Virus record (IMG/VR): IMGVR_UViG_3300013004_000041
Coordinates: 1 to 64,000 of that record
Strand: one strand, 5' to 3'
Origin: a virus
DNA length: 64,000 nucleotides
Under the pieces are notes generated by a model. The model was not told where the DNA came from. It saw only the letters and a program-made list of their open reading frames with translations, and searched no databases. The position numbers and the translations under genes are program-made. This document shows positions 30,401-39,618 of the stretch, in pieces. Position 1 is the stretch's first letter; every line of letters begins with the position of its first letter.

Positions 30401-33400
30401 ACTTAGACCAATCTACCTTTTTACCGTCTTCAAGTCTTTTAATCATATTCTGATATACGACTTGCTCTGCAGGATTTAAGTCAAAGCCAGCAATTGTGCT
30501 CTTTAGTTTAGGTAATACTTTATCTATTTCTTTTATAATAGCATCATGGTATTGCTTTGGTGTCATGTTTGCTGCAACGCCAGACGTCTCTTGTGCAAAG
30601 AATTTCTTAGCACCACCTTTAACGCCTAATAAATTAATCATCGCTTGCTCTTCCATTGAAGGAAGTGCTTTTGCAAAATCTCTAAACCCAGATGCCTTAG
30701 TAAATACACCAGCGTTACCTACGTCTGCTAAAACATTGCCAGAAAGATTAGCCTGTTGTAAATCTTTATCTGCTCTTAATAATGATGCAACAAGTTGAGA
30801 TATTGTTTCCTTTTTAGTAAACTTTCCAGGCGTTGTTGCAAACCTTGGATCATATGGAGACTCTAAAACAATAAACTTTCTTTTACCTGATGGATCTGTT
30901 GGATCAATCATAGTTTTAATATTTTGTTTTGGAGCAACTAGTCCGTGGACATCTCTTGCTATCTCAGTAGCACGAACCTCTGCAAGCGCAGTCTTTTCAT
31001 CTATTGTAGGTTTTACTACTACGAGTTCTCCATTAGGCTTTCTATAAATACCGCCAACTCCACGCACAGGAAAACTTCTACCAGAGAACGGTTGAATTAA
31101 TGTTCCAAAGTCTGTTGGATCTACTCCAGCATATCTTCCAGAAGATACATCCTTTGCAATTTTATCAACAACTTCTCTTGATTGAGAAACTTCTTTAATT
31201 CCCTTAGGCATTCCAACATGCACTGCGCCAGACTGAGTTTTTGGATGTGGTACGCTACTGCCCCATGGAAGTCTTCCAGCCATGAATCCTGGAACCTTGT
31301 CATGAAAAATTGCTGTAATTAATCCACGATACTTTTCTGATGTTTTTGCAGGAATAATAGATTCACCAGGAGAGACAAGTGCAGGAATGATGTCTCCAGC
31401 ACCCTTTGGTCCTGGAACACTAATAATTCCATCTTCATACCCCTTTGGTCCCTTAGGTAGTTTTGCAACTGCTCTTTTTGCTCCGCCAAGTCCTCCAGCA
31501 AATAATCCTGGATTTTGTGCAGCCATAGTATTCATTTGTGAAGTTAGAGATCCGTAGGCTGCCGCTAATTGCATTGCTGCAGTTTTCTCGACATTGAATA
31601 CTTCAACTAATCTAGTATGAGTGTTATGTAATGCCTGACCTGCTGCCTGCTGCTCAATTTGTTCTTGAGTAACATAATTAAATCCTGCTCCAAGTACACT
31701 TGTCTGACCATTTAATTTTGCTATTCCACCACGAATTGTTGCAAATAGTTTAATGAGGTTAGCAAGTCCGTTTGCAAGCAAACCAAAGGTCATCAAAGCA
31801 ATTGGACCAAGCCCTGCTATAACTCCTACTATTACCGCTATAACCTTCTTTGTATTATCGCTAAGTCCATTAAACTTTTCAAATAAACTTCCAAAGAATT
31901 TTACTATTGGAGTCATTGCTTCTAGGAATGCTTTTCCTAATGGCATAATATCTTGCTTAAATTGTTCAACAGCAGCCTGAAACTTTGTCCCTACCGCATC
32001 TTCTACCTTCTTCATTTCTCGTTCAGATAGAATTGCTAATTCTTCAACAGATGCACCAGCCAAATCAAATGCTCTTGCTGCCTGAGTTCCATCTTTGCTA
32101 ACATTTTGAAATAGTGTTGATAAACGTGCAAACTGGAATTTACCGAATAACTGCTCGATAGCACGTGCACGATTTAATGGATCTAGTGTATCTAATGCTC
32201 TTGCAAAGCCAACAACTGTTGCTTTAATATCTCCCTTGTTGCCTTCTACAATTCCCTTAATATTAATTCCCATTTCAGCAAGCATCTTTGATGCTTTTTC
32301 TGTTGGGTTAATTAAGGAAGCAAGACCAGACTTTAATGCGTTAGCACCTTCTGATGCATTAATTCCGCCTTCTTTCATAGCAGTTAGGAAGAATGCAAGA
32401 TCTTCAACATTACCGCCTAATTGCTTTACTACTGGTGCCGCTTTTGGAATAGCAATTGTTAAGTCTTCAATAGATAGAACTGTTTGGTTTTCTACTGCGT
32501 TTAAGAAATTAATCTTACTTGCAAGTTCTTCTGTAGATAACCCAAATGCATTCTGAAGTGAAATGGTTGTCTCTAGTGCCTGCTGCTGTTCTACTTGTCC
32601 TAATACAGAAAGTTTTGTAGCAGTTTTAATCTGCTCCTCTAAAGCCTTGCCTTGGAAACCTGCTGCTGCAGCAGTTGCTGCCATTTCTACAGTATCTTTA
32701 ACTGCAACGCCATACTTAGTAAACTCTTCAGCAAGTTTTCTTATATTGGCTACTGCAGCCTCTGTCTCTGCCTCATTTGTAAACGCATCTCCATAAACAC
32801 GTCTAAATTTTAATGTAGCCTGTTCTAATTCTCTGAATGCTTTAGACGCATAACCACCAAGCATCATTAATGGGATTGTCATACCGACCATTAACTGACG
32901 ACCAGCCCACTGCATATTCTTACCAAAGTTTAGTAGTTGAGTTGATCCTTGTTTTAATAGTTGATTTAATAATTGCTGTCTTTGTGCTGCATATTGAATT
33001 CGAGTTCCAAGTTCTGTAAATCTACCATTTGCCATAACTAATGTTTTTGGCATAATCTTCATAGCATCAATAAACCCACCCTGGGCTTTTGACAATTGAA
33101 TGTATTGGGATTGAAGAGCCTTTACTCTATCTCTACGTGCACGGTTTATTATTTCTCGCTCTTGAGCAAATGCTTTGCCCATAACTTTTGTATTGGCTGT
33201 AGCAGCAGCCATGCTATATCTGTAGTATTCACGAAGAGATAATTTATTTTTTTCTAAGGCACTTGTAAATGCCATAGTACTTGATGCAACTTTTACTTGA
33301 CTTGCAGAAAACTTTCCAGTTGCGCCAACTGCTTGAATAAGTTGAGCGTTTAAACCTTTTTGTGCATTTGCTGCAGCCAGGTTTCCCTCAGCAAGTGATT

Positions 33401-33497
33401 GATGGAAAGTGCTGAGGGCTGCCTGTAATCTGCGTAATTGTGCTAAGGCATCGGCAGTATTAAAATTAATATTTATATTAGAGTTTACATCTGCCAA
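27393..33497 (-). CDS. Tape measure protein, N-terminal part with TP901-type core and inserted enzyme-like domains
   Basis: KNMQWAGRQL, EGANALKSGL, AIEQLFGKFQ core; follows tail chaperones; internal kinase-like segment. Confidence 0.88.
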   Translation of the reverse strand: MADVNSNININFNTADALAQLRRLQAALSTFHQSLAEGNLAAANAQKGLNAQLIQAVGATGKFSASQVKVASSTMAFTSALEKNKLSLREYYRYSMAAATANTKVMGKAFAQEREIINRARRDRVKALQSQYIQLSKAQGGFIDAMKIMPKTLVMANGRFTELGTRIQYAAQRQQLLNQLLKQGSTQLLNFGKNMQWAGRQLMVGMTIPLMMLGGYASKAFRELEQATLKFRRVYGDAFTNEAETEAAVANIRKLAEEFTKYGVAVKDTVEMAATAAAAGFQGKALEEQIKTATKLSVLGQVEQQQALETTISLQNAFGLSTEELASKINFLNAVENQTVLSIEDLTIAIPKAAPVVKQLGGNVEDLAFFLTAMKEGGINASEGANALKSGLASLINPTEKASKMLAEMGINIKGIVEGNKGDIKATVVGFARALDTLDPLNRARAIEQLFGKFQFARLSTLFQNVSKDGTQAARAFDLAGASVEELAILSEREMKKVEDAVGTKFQAAVEQFKQDIMPLGKAFLEAMTPIVKFFGSLFEKFNGLSDNTKKVIAVIVGVIAGLGPIALMTFGLLANGLANLIKLFATIRGGIAKLNGQTSVLGAGFNYVTQEQIEQQAAGQALHNTHTRLVEVFNVEKTAAMQLAAAYGSLTSQMNTMAAQNPGLFAGGLGGAKRAVAKLPKGPKGYEDGIISVPGPKGAGDIIPALVSPGESIIPAKTSEKYRGLITAIFHDKVPGFMAGRLPWGSSVPHPKTQSGAVHVGMPKGIKEVSQSREVVDKIAKDVSSGRYAGVDPTDFGTLIQPFSGRSFPVRGVGGIYRKPNGELVVVKPTIDEKTALAEVRATEIARDVHGLVAPKQNIKTMIDPTDPSGKRKFIVLESPYDPRFATTPGKFTKKETISQLVASLLRADKDLQQANLSGNVLADVGNAGVFTKASGFRDFAKALPSMEEQAMINLLGVKGGAKKFFAQETSGVAANMTPKQYHDAIIKEIDKVLPKLKSTIAGFDLNPAEQVVYQNMIKRLEDGKKVDWSKFQAIHARAGEGVSKLIKGVNDDANASAVEKQLKKFGLGTFDELKSAPQSKNQIDALVQRLGKDAVTEIEGLKNSNPKQYDIVTGLLNKKGITPSNISQHDLFKYVNDELVYKDGLYYDKKSIDAGANVTSAGKTYDEVRKNVLYRLGAVTKGGEFTNPKKMNVSKLRFDMSPTGKASGGWRNAIPKGSLLYKTLDLQEKEFKAANAMSGKNDPLGSLKESMKGLGYTDKQIAQALRPELSHIAKTGESGRGAEKWLKGTALFDVRLLNNYMNTGKRSASILDWNAKNNNPLRLTPDQIKEFRSAANFMSSQGHPTTEAQVKLVRAAAQLDIISEDFLNSQSKKPTGFPNLGEVRQSRAVAQLIDDRLGTGYYKQWRPQFDLGTGKTGTQNVLVNPNKEYMLDTETGQITKLTSANTGAKPKGAVADTGKATDRRVATETPTQRVVTAQQARAAGRTLVMGGRDQGDPRARIVNPTKKMGEAAVEMRRKGFSQEEIDKTLRKIQKREIDAKRREAEAAEKAAKRELARQKEEENIHRKSIKDAEKAEQRRQSKIERDRINERLAKQEAKEAKKKLRNETKIARQEKVGRWSGGASMALGTAGMAAMMAGNQGMGMGLMGASAVAGMAPMLAGMGPAGWAATGITAVVGGMYLLDRAAKKAAESQSSYVDSVTATTEKMAKIGAITNKVGASEIMGRRRSNAFSDKYTTGFERGKQQFGTTFLESEVGKGMLDSFTKDFATAGDAAVKKLALELSAYISDGILTVEQAKSIARAIGINMEDMTLAMDINGKIVNLVGPNGEDLINNPLETRLKIVEEGRGLFQDIVKNAFIKGDSFVGDKKLIAAGAAMSVQNLELNQAQLDSFNLYYDKQIESLKKQKEATTDKSKQVELETKILDLETKRADGQRVLVANNEKLLKDQMDLFKQAQGSNLTEDAFFDSLKSQVRTKYKGTSQEAFLDPFLEGTADLKSKELEVKINTIVAAGQMPPATALKLMESFAGRRNI

Positions 33498-33522
33498 TTC
33501 TCATAACACCTCTTTTTATTTT

Positions 33523-33849
33523 TTACTTTCCTAGCGAACTAAGAACCGCTCCTGCATCTGAATTTGGAATACCAGACGCTGCATCCACAATTTCATATAC
33601 TGTTGGTAGATCAAGAAGTTCTTCTAATTGCTCCTTGCTATCTGCCAACTCTGGCTTGTACTGCTTCATTGCAATCTGTACGCAATCAAGAAGAATGTCT
33701 ACTGACTTATCATTGTCTTCTGTTACCGCTGCTAATTCAGCGAACTTTGCCATGAAAGGCTTTAGTAATGATAACTTTAATGCTCTAACTTCGATTTCTG
33801 TACCATCGATTAGTGTTATTGTCTTTTTGTTTGAAGGCTTTTCGGCCAT
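33523..33849 (-). CDS. Tail assembly chaperone, short (gpG-like) paralog
   Basis: Position before TMP; aligns with N-terminal half of 33895..34581; AGGAGG RBS. Confidence 0.75.
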   Translation of the reverse strand: MAEKPSNKKTITLIDGTEIEVRALKLSLLKPFMAKFAELAAVTEDNDKSVDILLDCVQIAMKQYKPELADSKEQLEELLDLPTVYEIVDAASGIPNSDAGAVLSSLGK

Positions 33850-33894
33850 TATTCCTCCTTAAGGTTAGTGAAATAATTATACCACAGAGGAGTT

Positions 33895-34581
33895 TTATTT
33901 TTTGGTTAAATCCTCATATTCTAGACCCATACCAATACCAAATCCAGCCTTTTGTGCATTAACTCCTTGTAGGGCCAATACATCTTTTGCATTTGCTGCT
34001 TTACCCTGACTAAATACTCTAGCCTTCATTTCCTGCCAAGCATCTTGTTTGCCACTTGCCTTGTCTAAGTCTACTCCTTGCATTGCTGCCAAAAACTTTT
34101 TATTTTGATAATCTAGATCTCTTTTTATTTTTAATGTTGCTGTTAATTCAGGCATTGACATGGATGACTCTAGTTCATCATAATCTTTCCATATACCAAG
34201 CAAAAAAACCTCAGACTCTAATTCTGCTAAATCTAAGTCGTCCCAGGTAGAACCTCCCTTTTCTGCTTGATCTTTCACAGGCTCTTCTGACTTATCATTT
34301 ATTTTAATACCCGCCGAATATTCTAATATTTTATATATAGTTGGCATATCAATATTATCTTCTAATTGCTCTTGCGTCTTAATATCTGGACAATACTGTC
34401 TCATCATTATTGTTGTGCAGGCACATAATGCATCAATTGCATCTTCATCATTTTTTGCTTTTTTAACAGTTTCAAATTCCTGCATAAATAATTTAAGATA
34501 TTTTATTTTTAATGGGGTAATATATAATTCTCTACCGTCCATTAAAGAAACAATAGTATTGGGATAAATTTGAGTTGGCAT
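33895..34581 (-). CDS. Tail assembly chaperone, long (gpGT-like) paralog
   Basis: G-like N-half plus WDDLDL..EVFLLGIWKDYDELE T-like C-half. Confidence 0.75.
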   Translation of the reverse strand: MPTQIYPNTIVSLMDGRELYITPLKIKYLKLFMQEFETVKKAKNDEDAIDALCACTTIMMRQYCPDIKTQEQLEDNIDMPTIYKILEYSAGIKINDKSEEPVKDQAEKGGSTWDDLDLAELESEVFLLGIWKDYDELESSMSMPELTATLKIKRDLDYQNKKFLAAMQGVDLDKASGKQDAWQEMKARVFSQGKAANAKDVLALQGVNAQKAGFGIGMGLEYEDLTKK

Positions 34582-34600
34582 AAATTAATTATACCAAACA

Positions 34601-34627
34601 GAAAAGCCCAGCCTTTTGGGCTGGGCT
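34601..34627 (-). terminator. Intrinsic terminator after major tail gene
   Basis: Minus strand AGCCCAGCC-CAAAA-GGCTGGGCT followed by TTTC. Confidence 0.8.
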
Positions 34628-34647
34628 AATCTTTTTATTTAATTGTA

Positions 34648-35265
34648 TTATAGAGAACGATCTACGATTTTACCGTAAGATGCGTTATCATTTGGAAGCA
34701 GACGGAATGAGACTTCAAACATTGTTGCCTCATCACGCTTTGCACCAACAGTTACGCTCTCAATTGAGAGTGCACGATATGCAACATAGACTCTTTCAAT
34801 AGAATCTGAGTCAGCACAATCGCCAGTTCCTGGACCAACTGCAACCAAACCACGCTCTACTGGACATTCGCCAATATCGCCTGCTGAAAGATTGAGTGTT
34901 GGATTACCAGATACTGTAGTTAGATTATCATCCTTGCTTGCAAGTGCGAACAAGAGATTTTCCAATGTTGCCTCAGCAAATGTAGTATTTAGGTTAACCT
35001 GCATACCTTGCTTGAACAACTTGGCAACGTCGAGAACCTGGTCAACCTGTACTTCGCCGAAGTCTGGTTGGAACTGTAATTCAAGACCGTTCATTGTGTA
35101 ACCTACGTTACGGAACCCTTCCTCTGTGGAAAGAGTTTCCTTGTAGGATGTACCTGCTGTGTATCCTGGAAGGACACCAGCCTCTGGTAGTGGACCGCCT
35201 TCATACGTAAAAAGTGCTGCTGCACCTACGATGATTTGTGTACTATCACCACGTGTATATGCCAT
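34648..35265 (-). CDS. Major tail (tube) protein
   Basis: IIVGAA, GYTMNG, VDQVLD, FAEATLENL; strong RBS; followed by terminator and chaperones. Confidence 0.85.
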   Translation of the reverse strand: MAYTRGDSTQIIVGAAALFTYEGGPLPEAGVLPGYTAGTSYKETLSTEEGFRNVGYTMNGLELQFQPDFGEVQVDQVLDVAKLFKQGMQVNLNTTFAEATLENLLFALASKDDNLTTVSGNPTLNLSAGDIGECPVERGLVAVGPGTGDCADSDSIERVYVAYRALSIESVTVGAKRDEATMFEVSFRLLPNDNASYGKIVDRSL

Positions 35266-35333
35266 TTATTTCACCTCTTTATTTTTCTAGAAATTAAAGG
35301 GGATGTTTCCTCATTGATTATTATACAGCCTGT

Positions 35334-35858
35334 TTATTGATTTATAATATCTGGCATTTGATGATAATCATAGTCAATAATAATCTTATTACCAGCATAG
35401 GTTCGGGCTGTTCCGAAATCTACTATGTCCCGTGCCTCTTCTAACTGATATATTTTGAAGTCGTGGAAGTAGAATTTACAAGACATGTCATCAAAAGTCT
35501 TGCCTTTAGTCCAGGTGTTGAGTTCTTGGGCACTTTCATCTCCACGATCTAAAAGTCTAAGAACAGCCTCCTGTATCTTAACCATTTTCAAAGTAGGTTC
35601 ACTTGCTGAAGCATAAAAATAATATAAGACCTGCTCACATTTTATATGAGGAAACGGTCCTCTACGCATTCTAAACATTCTGTCATAAACAGCCATAGCA
35701 CCACCTTCTGGAAACTGTGTTTGTAAGGTTTCTAATGTTGATGGTCCAGTAGGGAAAAATGGAATAAAGTCACCTTCTAAAACATCTTGTAGTTTTTCCT
35801 GAAGATATTTATTAATCCACAGCACTGGTGTATTTAATACTGATGTTGATTCTGTCAT
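35334..35858 (-). CDS. Tail terminator-like protein
   Basis: Position just upstream of MTP; size. Confidence 0.55.
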   Translation of the reverse strand: MTESTSVLNTPVLWINKYLQEKLQDVLEGDFIPFFPTGPSTLETLQTQFPEGGAMAVYDRMFRMRRGPFPHIKCEQVLYYFYASASEPTLKMVKIQEAVLRLLDRGDESAQELNTWTKGKTFDDMSCKFYFHDFKIYQLEEARDIVDFGTARTYAGNKIIIDYDYHQMPDIINQ

Positions 35859-36529
35859 TATAATCCTACCCCCGCATTAGCAATCCATTGAAATCCTGTT
35901 CGAATTCCGACTGCTCTTCCACCACGCTTACCAGCATTTAGATTTTTGCTGTAGACCTTAGGATACTTTAAGTATTCCTGTAATCCACTTGCTTGTAAAA
36001 ATGATTGTCTAAAGTATACACCAAAAAAGTTATTAAGTACATTTTCAAATTGACCCTGTGTTTGTCCTCCAGGATTTTCTACTCGTACCTCTCTTGATGT
36101 ATAAACTTCTTGTCCATCTATTTCAAATCTTAATGCTTTTGCCTTAACTGGTTTTATTGTAACTCCAATGCCGTTTTCCATAATCGTTGCTTTATTATAA
36201 AACGGAACTGTTGATCCATCTTTAATCGAAGAAGATTGTCTTAGTGATGACTTAAACGTTAATCCTACATTGCTTACTGTATAACTAATATCAAATAGTC
36301 TAGCCCTTGGACTTCCTACTCTATTCCATTCATATATGTGATGTAACATTTCTGGAGATACCCTTGCGTTTGCATCAACAAACTGAGATGCTAATTCTGA
36401 TATCTTTGGTCCGAGAGACATGTATAGCGCTTTCTTTCCTCTATTTACACCTTCGATAAAACCAAAAGAATAATCGACTATCTTATTCATTTCCATTTTA
36501 AACTTTTTAGAATCAACTCTAACTAACAT
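35858..36529 (-). CDS. Neck/tail-completion protein
   Basis: IKPVKAKALRF...VENPG pattern; connector cluster. Confidence 0.55.
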   Translation of the reverse strand: MLVRVDSKKFKMEMNKIVDYSFGFIEGVNRGKKALYMSLGPKISELASQFVDANARVSPEMLHHIYEWNRVGSPRARLFDISYTVSNVGLTFKSSLRQSSSIKDGSTVPFYNKATIMENGIGVTIKPVKAKALRFEIDGQEVYTSREVRVENPGGQTQGQFENVLNNFFGVYFRQSFLQASGLQEYLKYPKVYSKNLNAGKRGGRAVGIRTGFQWIANAGVGL

Positions 36530-36978
36530 TAAACATCTACCGCCTGATTTTCAGATCTGCGAATAACTAACTTATAATATTCTGTACTGCCAAAAGGACC
36601 AACAAATGGATCTTGTGTGGCTATTTCAAATATTGTAGATTTACCTGCACGTGGTCCAGATGTTTCTAAATATATTTCATTACAGTTTTTATCTCTTATA
36701 TTTGTAATAATGACGTTAGTAATTGAATTACGAGCCTCTAAACTTGAGATACGAATATCAGTTCTAGCCCGTCCAAGTAGCACCTTGTCTTGTGTAATAT
36801 TAATATTTGGGGTTACTTCTTCTTTAAATGCAGTTCCAGCAGCAGTAAATGAGCATGCAATAACTCTATCTAAAATCCAAGTTTTCTTTACTTCTCCGTA
36901 AATGCCCTGCTCAACTATTGGGTGATATACATCTGCTTGCATTGGGAATGCGAAGTCTGGAGTTTCGCATATAACCAT
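36529..36978 (-). CDS. Head-tail stopper-like protein
   Basis: YGEVKKTW pattern; position. Confidence 0.55.
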   Translation of the reverse strand: MVICETPDFAFPMQADVYHPIVEQGIYGEVKKTWILDRVIACSFTAAGTAFKEEVTPNINITQDKVLLGRARTDIRISSLEARNSITNVIITNIRDKNCNEIYLETSGPRAGKSTIFEIATQDPFVGPFGSTEYYKLVIRRSENQAVDV

Positions 36979-37856
36979 TACAGAACTCCGACAAATTCTA
37001 TTGGCTTGCTGTATTTATCAAGAATCTTATCTACAATTAAATTACCAGTGCCTTCAAAAACAGCCTTATCAAATTGAATTCTAAATTGATCTGTATTATA
37101 AGCACCGATGTATCTCTTATAATAATCTAACTTACCGCACTCAATATCATGTATTAACAACTCGGTTGCTCTCTTAATATCTTGTGGAACTTTGTTATAT
37201 CCTACTTCAAGAGTAATTCTATAATCCCAGCCCTTGGGAAATCCTCTTGCAGAATAATCTAATTCAACAATATCTGTTGGAGATGCTGGCAATAAAATTC
37301 GTGCTGATTCATCTCTATTGATTGCATCAGAATACTTCATTGTAATTGCAGATCCGTCCGCAATGATTTCAAAATCTGTTACTGCATTCTCTAAATCATT
37401 TATATCATAAAGCAAAACGTTATTTTCATATACCTTAATAACTTCTTTTGCATCTACCCAAATTGGAATATAGTCTACTCCAAGTCCTGTTGTTTCTAAA
37501 ACTCTTTTCTTATAATAAAACTCTACATCGCATACGGAGTCTATAATTGCTCTTGCTAATTCTTCATTATTAGCATACGCTGCGATTTCGCTTGCTGTGT
37601 TTCCATGTTCATTTGGATTTACATATGGACGAACTACATCTACATATGTATCTTCTCCATCTACCGTGATTTTATACTGAGTGTCATATTTTGAAGAAAG
37701 TGGAATTATTACTTTGCTTTCTGTACTAGAAGTAACTTCTCCAACTAATTCTGAAAAGTCCGCCATATCAACTACAGTATATTCATACTCAGTTGAAGCA
37801 TTAGAAACATCTAATGTAACTGTTAAATTATATGGCGGAACTCTCAAAATTTGCAT
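36978..37856 (-). CDS. Head-to-tail adaptor
   Basis: GYNKVPQDIKRAT, TGNLIVDKIL..Y adaptor-type motifs. Confidence 0.7.
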   Translation of the reverse strand: MQILRVPPYNLTVTLDVSNASTEYEYTVVDMADFSELVGEVTSSTESKVIIPLSSKYDTQYKITVDGEDTYVDVVRPYVNPNEHGNTASEIAAYANNEELARAIIDSVCDVEFYYKKRVLETTGLGVDYIPIWVDAKEVIKVYENNVLLYDINDLENAVTDFEIIADGSAITMKYSDAINRDESARILLPASPTDIVELDYSARGFPKGWDYRITLEVGYNKVPQDIKRATELLIHDIECGKLDYYKRYIGAYNTDQFRIQFDKAVFEGTGNLIVDKILDKYSKPIEFVGVL

Positions 37857-38369
37857 TTAGCGACCAAACTCCTTGGCTACTTCTTCTGGTGTAGCAAGTC
37901 TAATATGACTACGTGTTAACCACTTTTCTGCTTGATCTGGTGTAACAATGTTATATCCACGATACACCTTGCCTACTGGACTCCAACTTACATTTTTAGT
38001 TGAGTAAAGTGCTACTGTCTTTTCTGCTTTCTTAGGTGCAGAAGCGGCAGGCTTATTTACTTTACGTGGAGTTTCAGTAACACCAATTACACCGTTAACG
38101 ACTGATCCAATTCCCTGAACTGTTTCAGAGTTTGATCTGCCGAAATCTGATGTTGTAATTGCATCTGTAGATTCTTGAGCCTCAGAAATTGATGCTTCAA
38201 GATTATTTTCTACCGCCACCTCTTCAACCTTAGTTTCTGGCATAGGAGCCTCTACAACTGGTTCTTCGACAACTGGTACTTCTACTGGTGCTTCTACTGG
38301 TGCTTCTGGAGCAACAGTATCTTCTACTGGTGCTTCATTAACTTCATTATTAAAATTATTTTCTTCCAT
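37857..38369 (-). CDS. Hypothetical protein with Glu/Pro/Val-rich disordered N-terminus
   Basis: EAPV repeats; GGAGG RBS; own promoter. Confidence 0.7.
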   Translation of the reverse strand: MEENNFNNEVNEAPVEDTVAPEAPVEAPVEVPVVEEPVVEAPMPETKVEEVAVENNLEASISEAQESTDAITTSDFGRSNSETVQGIGSVVNGVIGVTETPRKVNKPAASAPKKAEKTVALYSTKNVSWSPVGKVYRGYNIVTPDQAEKWLTRSHIRLATPEEVAKEFGR

Positions 38370-38408
38370 TATTTAACCTCCTATGTAAACTATTATAACA
38401 GAATACTA

Positions 38409-38447
38409 AAGATAAGAGGGGGAGGAGAATTAACCCCTTCCCCCTCT
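38409..38447 (-). terminator. Intrinsic terminator after MCP
   Basis: Minus strand GAGGGGGAAGGGG-TTAATT-CTCCTCCCCCTC then TTATCTTT. Confidence 0.75.
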
Positions 38448-38467
38448 CAAAAGGTACTGATTACAGA

Positions 38468-39595
38468 TTATGCATCTGCTGCAGCATCTGCCCACGCAAT
38501 TGCGTCTTCTTCTTCCCATTGAATACCGAAGCGAACGAACACAGTATATTCAATTGTGTCCTTCTTAGCAACATATTCACGGTTGACGACGATATCACGC
38601 TGGAAGCCCCATACACGGTTCTGTGGGAATGTCAAATCGACATATCCTTCAGGGTAGTAAGGAACTTCTTGGACATCAATTCCGAGGACACGAGTTGTAC
38701 GTGCTCCACCGAATGTCTGGCCTTGACCATCAAGGTATGCCTGTGTATTTGCATAGGTATTACCATTCTTACCAAGTGCTTCAGCGATTGCATCAGACAA
38801 TGTACCGTTATTCTTAACGATACCTGCGAATGCATCTGTACCTGCGTAGAACTTAAGATTGTTCTTAAGTGCACGGTACTTGCGTGGCATAGCAAGGATA
38901 ATTTCCTGCATCTTCTCTGGAGTCCATGCATTGTCAGCAACGGTAATTGCTGCTTCATGTGAGTCTCCATTGTCCTTGTGCTTCTTGATGAAGCCAGACA
39001 TAATTGAAAGGAATGGCGCTGTTGCACCATCACCATTGATAGCAAGATCCTCAATATCGTTAGCAAAAGCATTGGTCATCAAGCGAACTAGATGATCTTC
39101 CAATGCACCTCCTTCGACATTGTCTTCAAGTGCTTCAGCAGAAACTTCCCAATCAAGACGAATCTTCTTGGTTGTTAGTTCTACCTTTGAGAATGTAGCA
39201 CCAGTGTTTGTGTAATTACCAACTGCCTGAGCAGCGGCACGAATAACACGCTCACCAACATTAATCTTCTCTAATTCCATACTGTTTGCTCGCATAGTCA
39301 CACGACGACCATCTTGAGCAAGAATGGTTGCATCCCAAACATAATCGATAAAACGACGTGCTTGTTCAGGACGTAAAATTCCGCTTGCAGCATCACCCGA
39401 AGGATTTACGGCATTAGGACCAGTGGTTACTCCAAAGTTAGCATTTGGGATGTTACCAAGTGTGTCTGCACCTGGATCTGTTACACCACCAACACCACCT
39501 GAAGCAAAAGCGCCTTGACCTTGATAAAGACCTGGTGCTGTTCCGCCTAGTTCGCCAGTTTCTCCTGGCTGGTTTTTCTTAATCTCTTCCGACAT
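38468..39595 (-). CDS. Major capsid protein (HK97 fold)
   Basis: GILRPEQARRFID, EALEDNVEG, DIEDLAING; GGAGGTG RBS; follows protease. Confidence 0.92.
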   Translation of the reverse strand: MSEEIKKNQPGETGELGGTAPGLYQGQGAFASGGVGGVTDPGADTLGNIPNANFGVTTGPNAVNPSGDAASGILRPEQARRFIDYVWDATILAQDGRRVTMRANSMELEKINVGERVIRAAAQAVGNYTNTGATFSKVELTTKKIRLDWEVSAEALEDNVEGGALEDHLVRLMTNAFANDIEDLAINGDGATAPFLSIMSGFIKKHKDNGDSHEAAITVADNAWTPEKMQEIILAMPRKYRALKNNLKFYAGTDAFAGIVKNNGTLSDAIAEALGKNGNTYANTQAYLDGQGQTFGGARTTRVLGIDVQEVPYYPEGYVDLTFPQNRVWGFQRDIVVNREYVAKKDTIEYTVFVRFGIQWEEEDAIAWADAAADA

Positions 39596-39618
39596 ATTGT
39601 CACCTCCTAAGTGATTAC

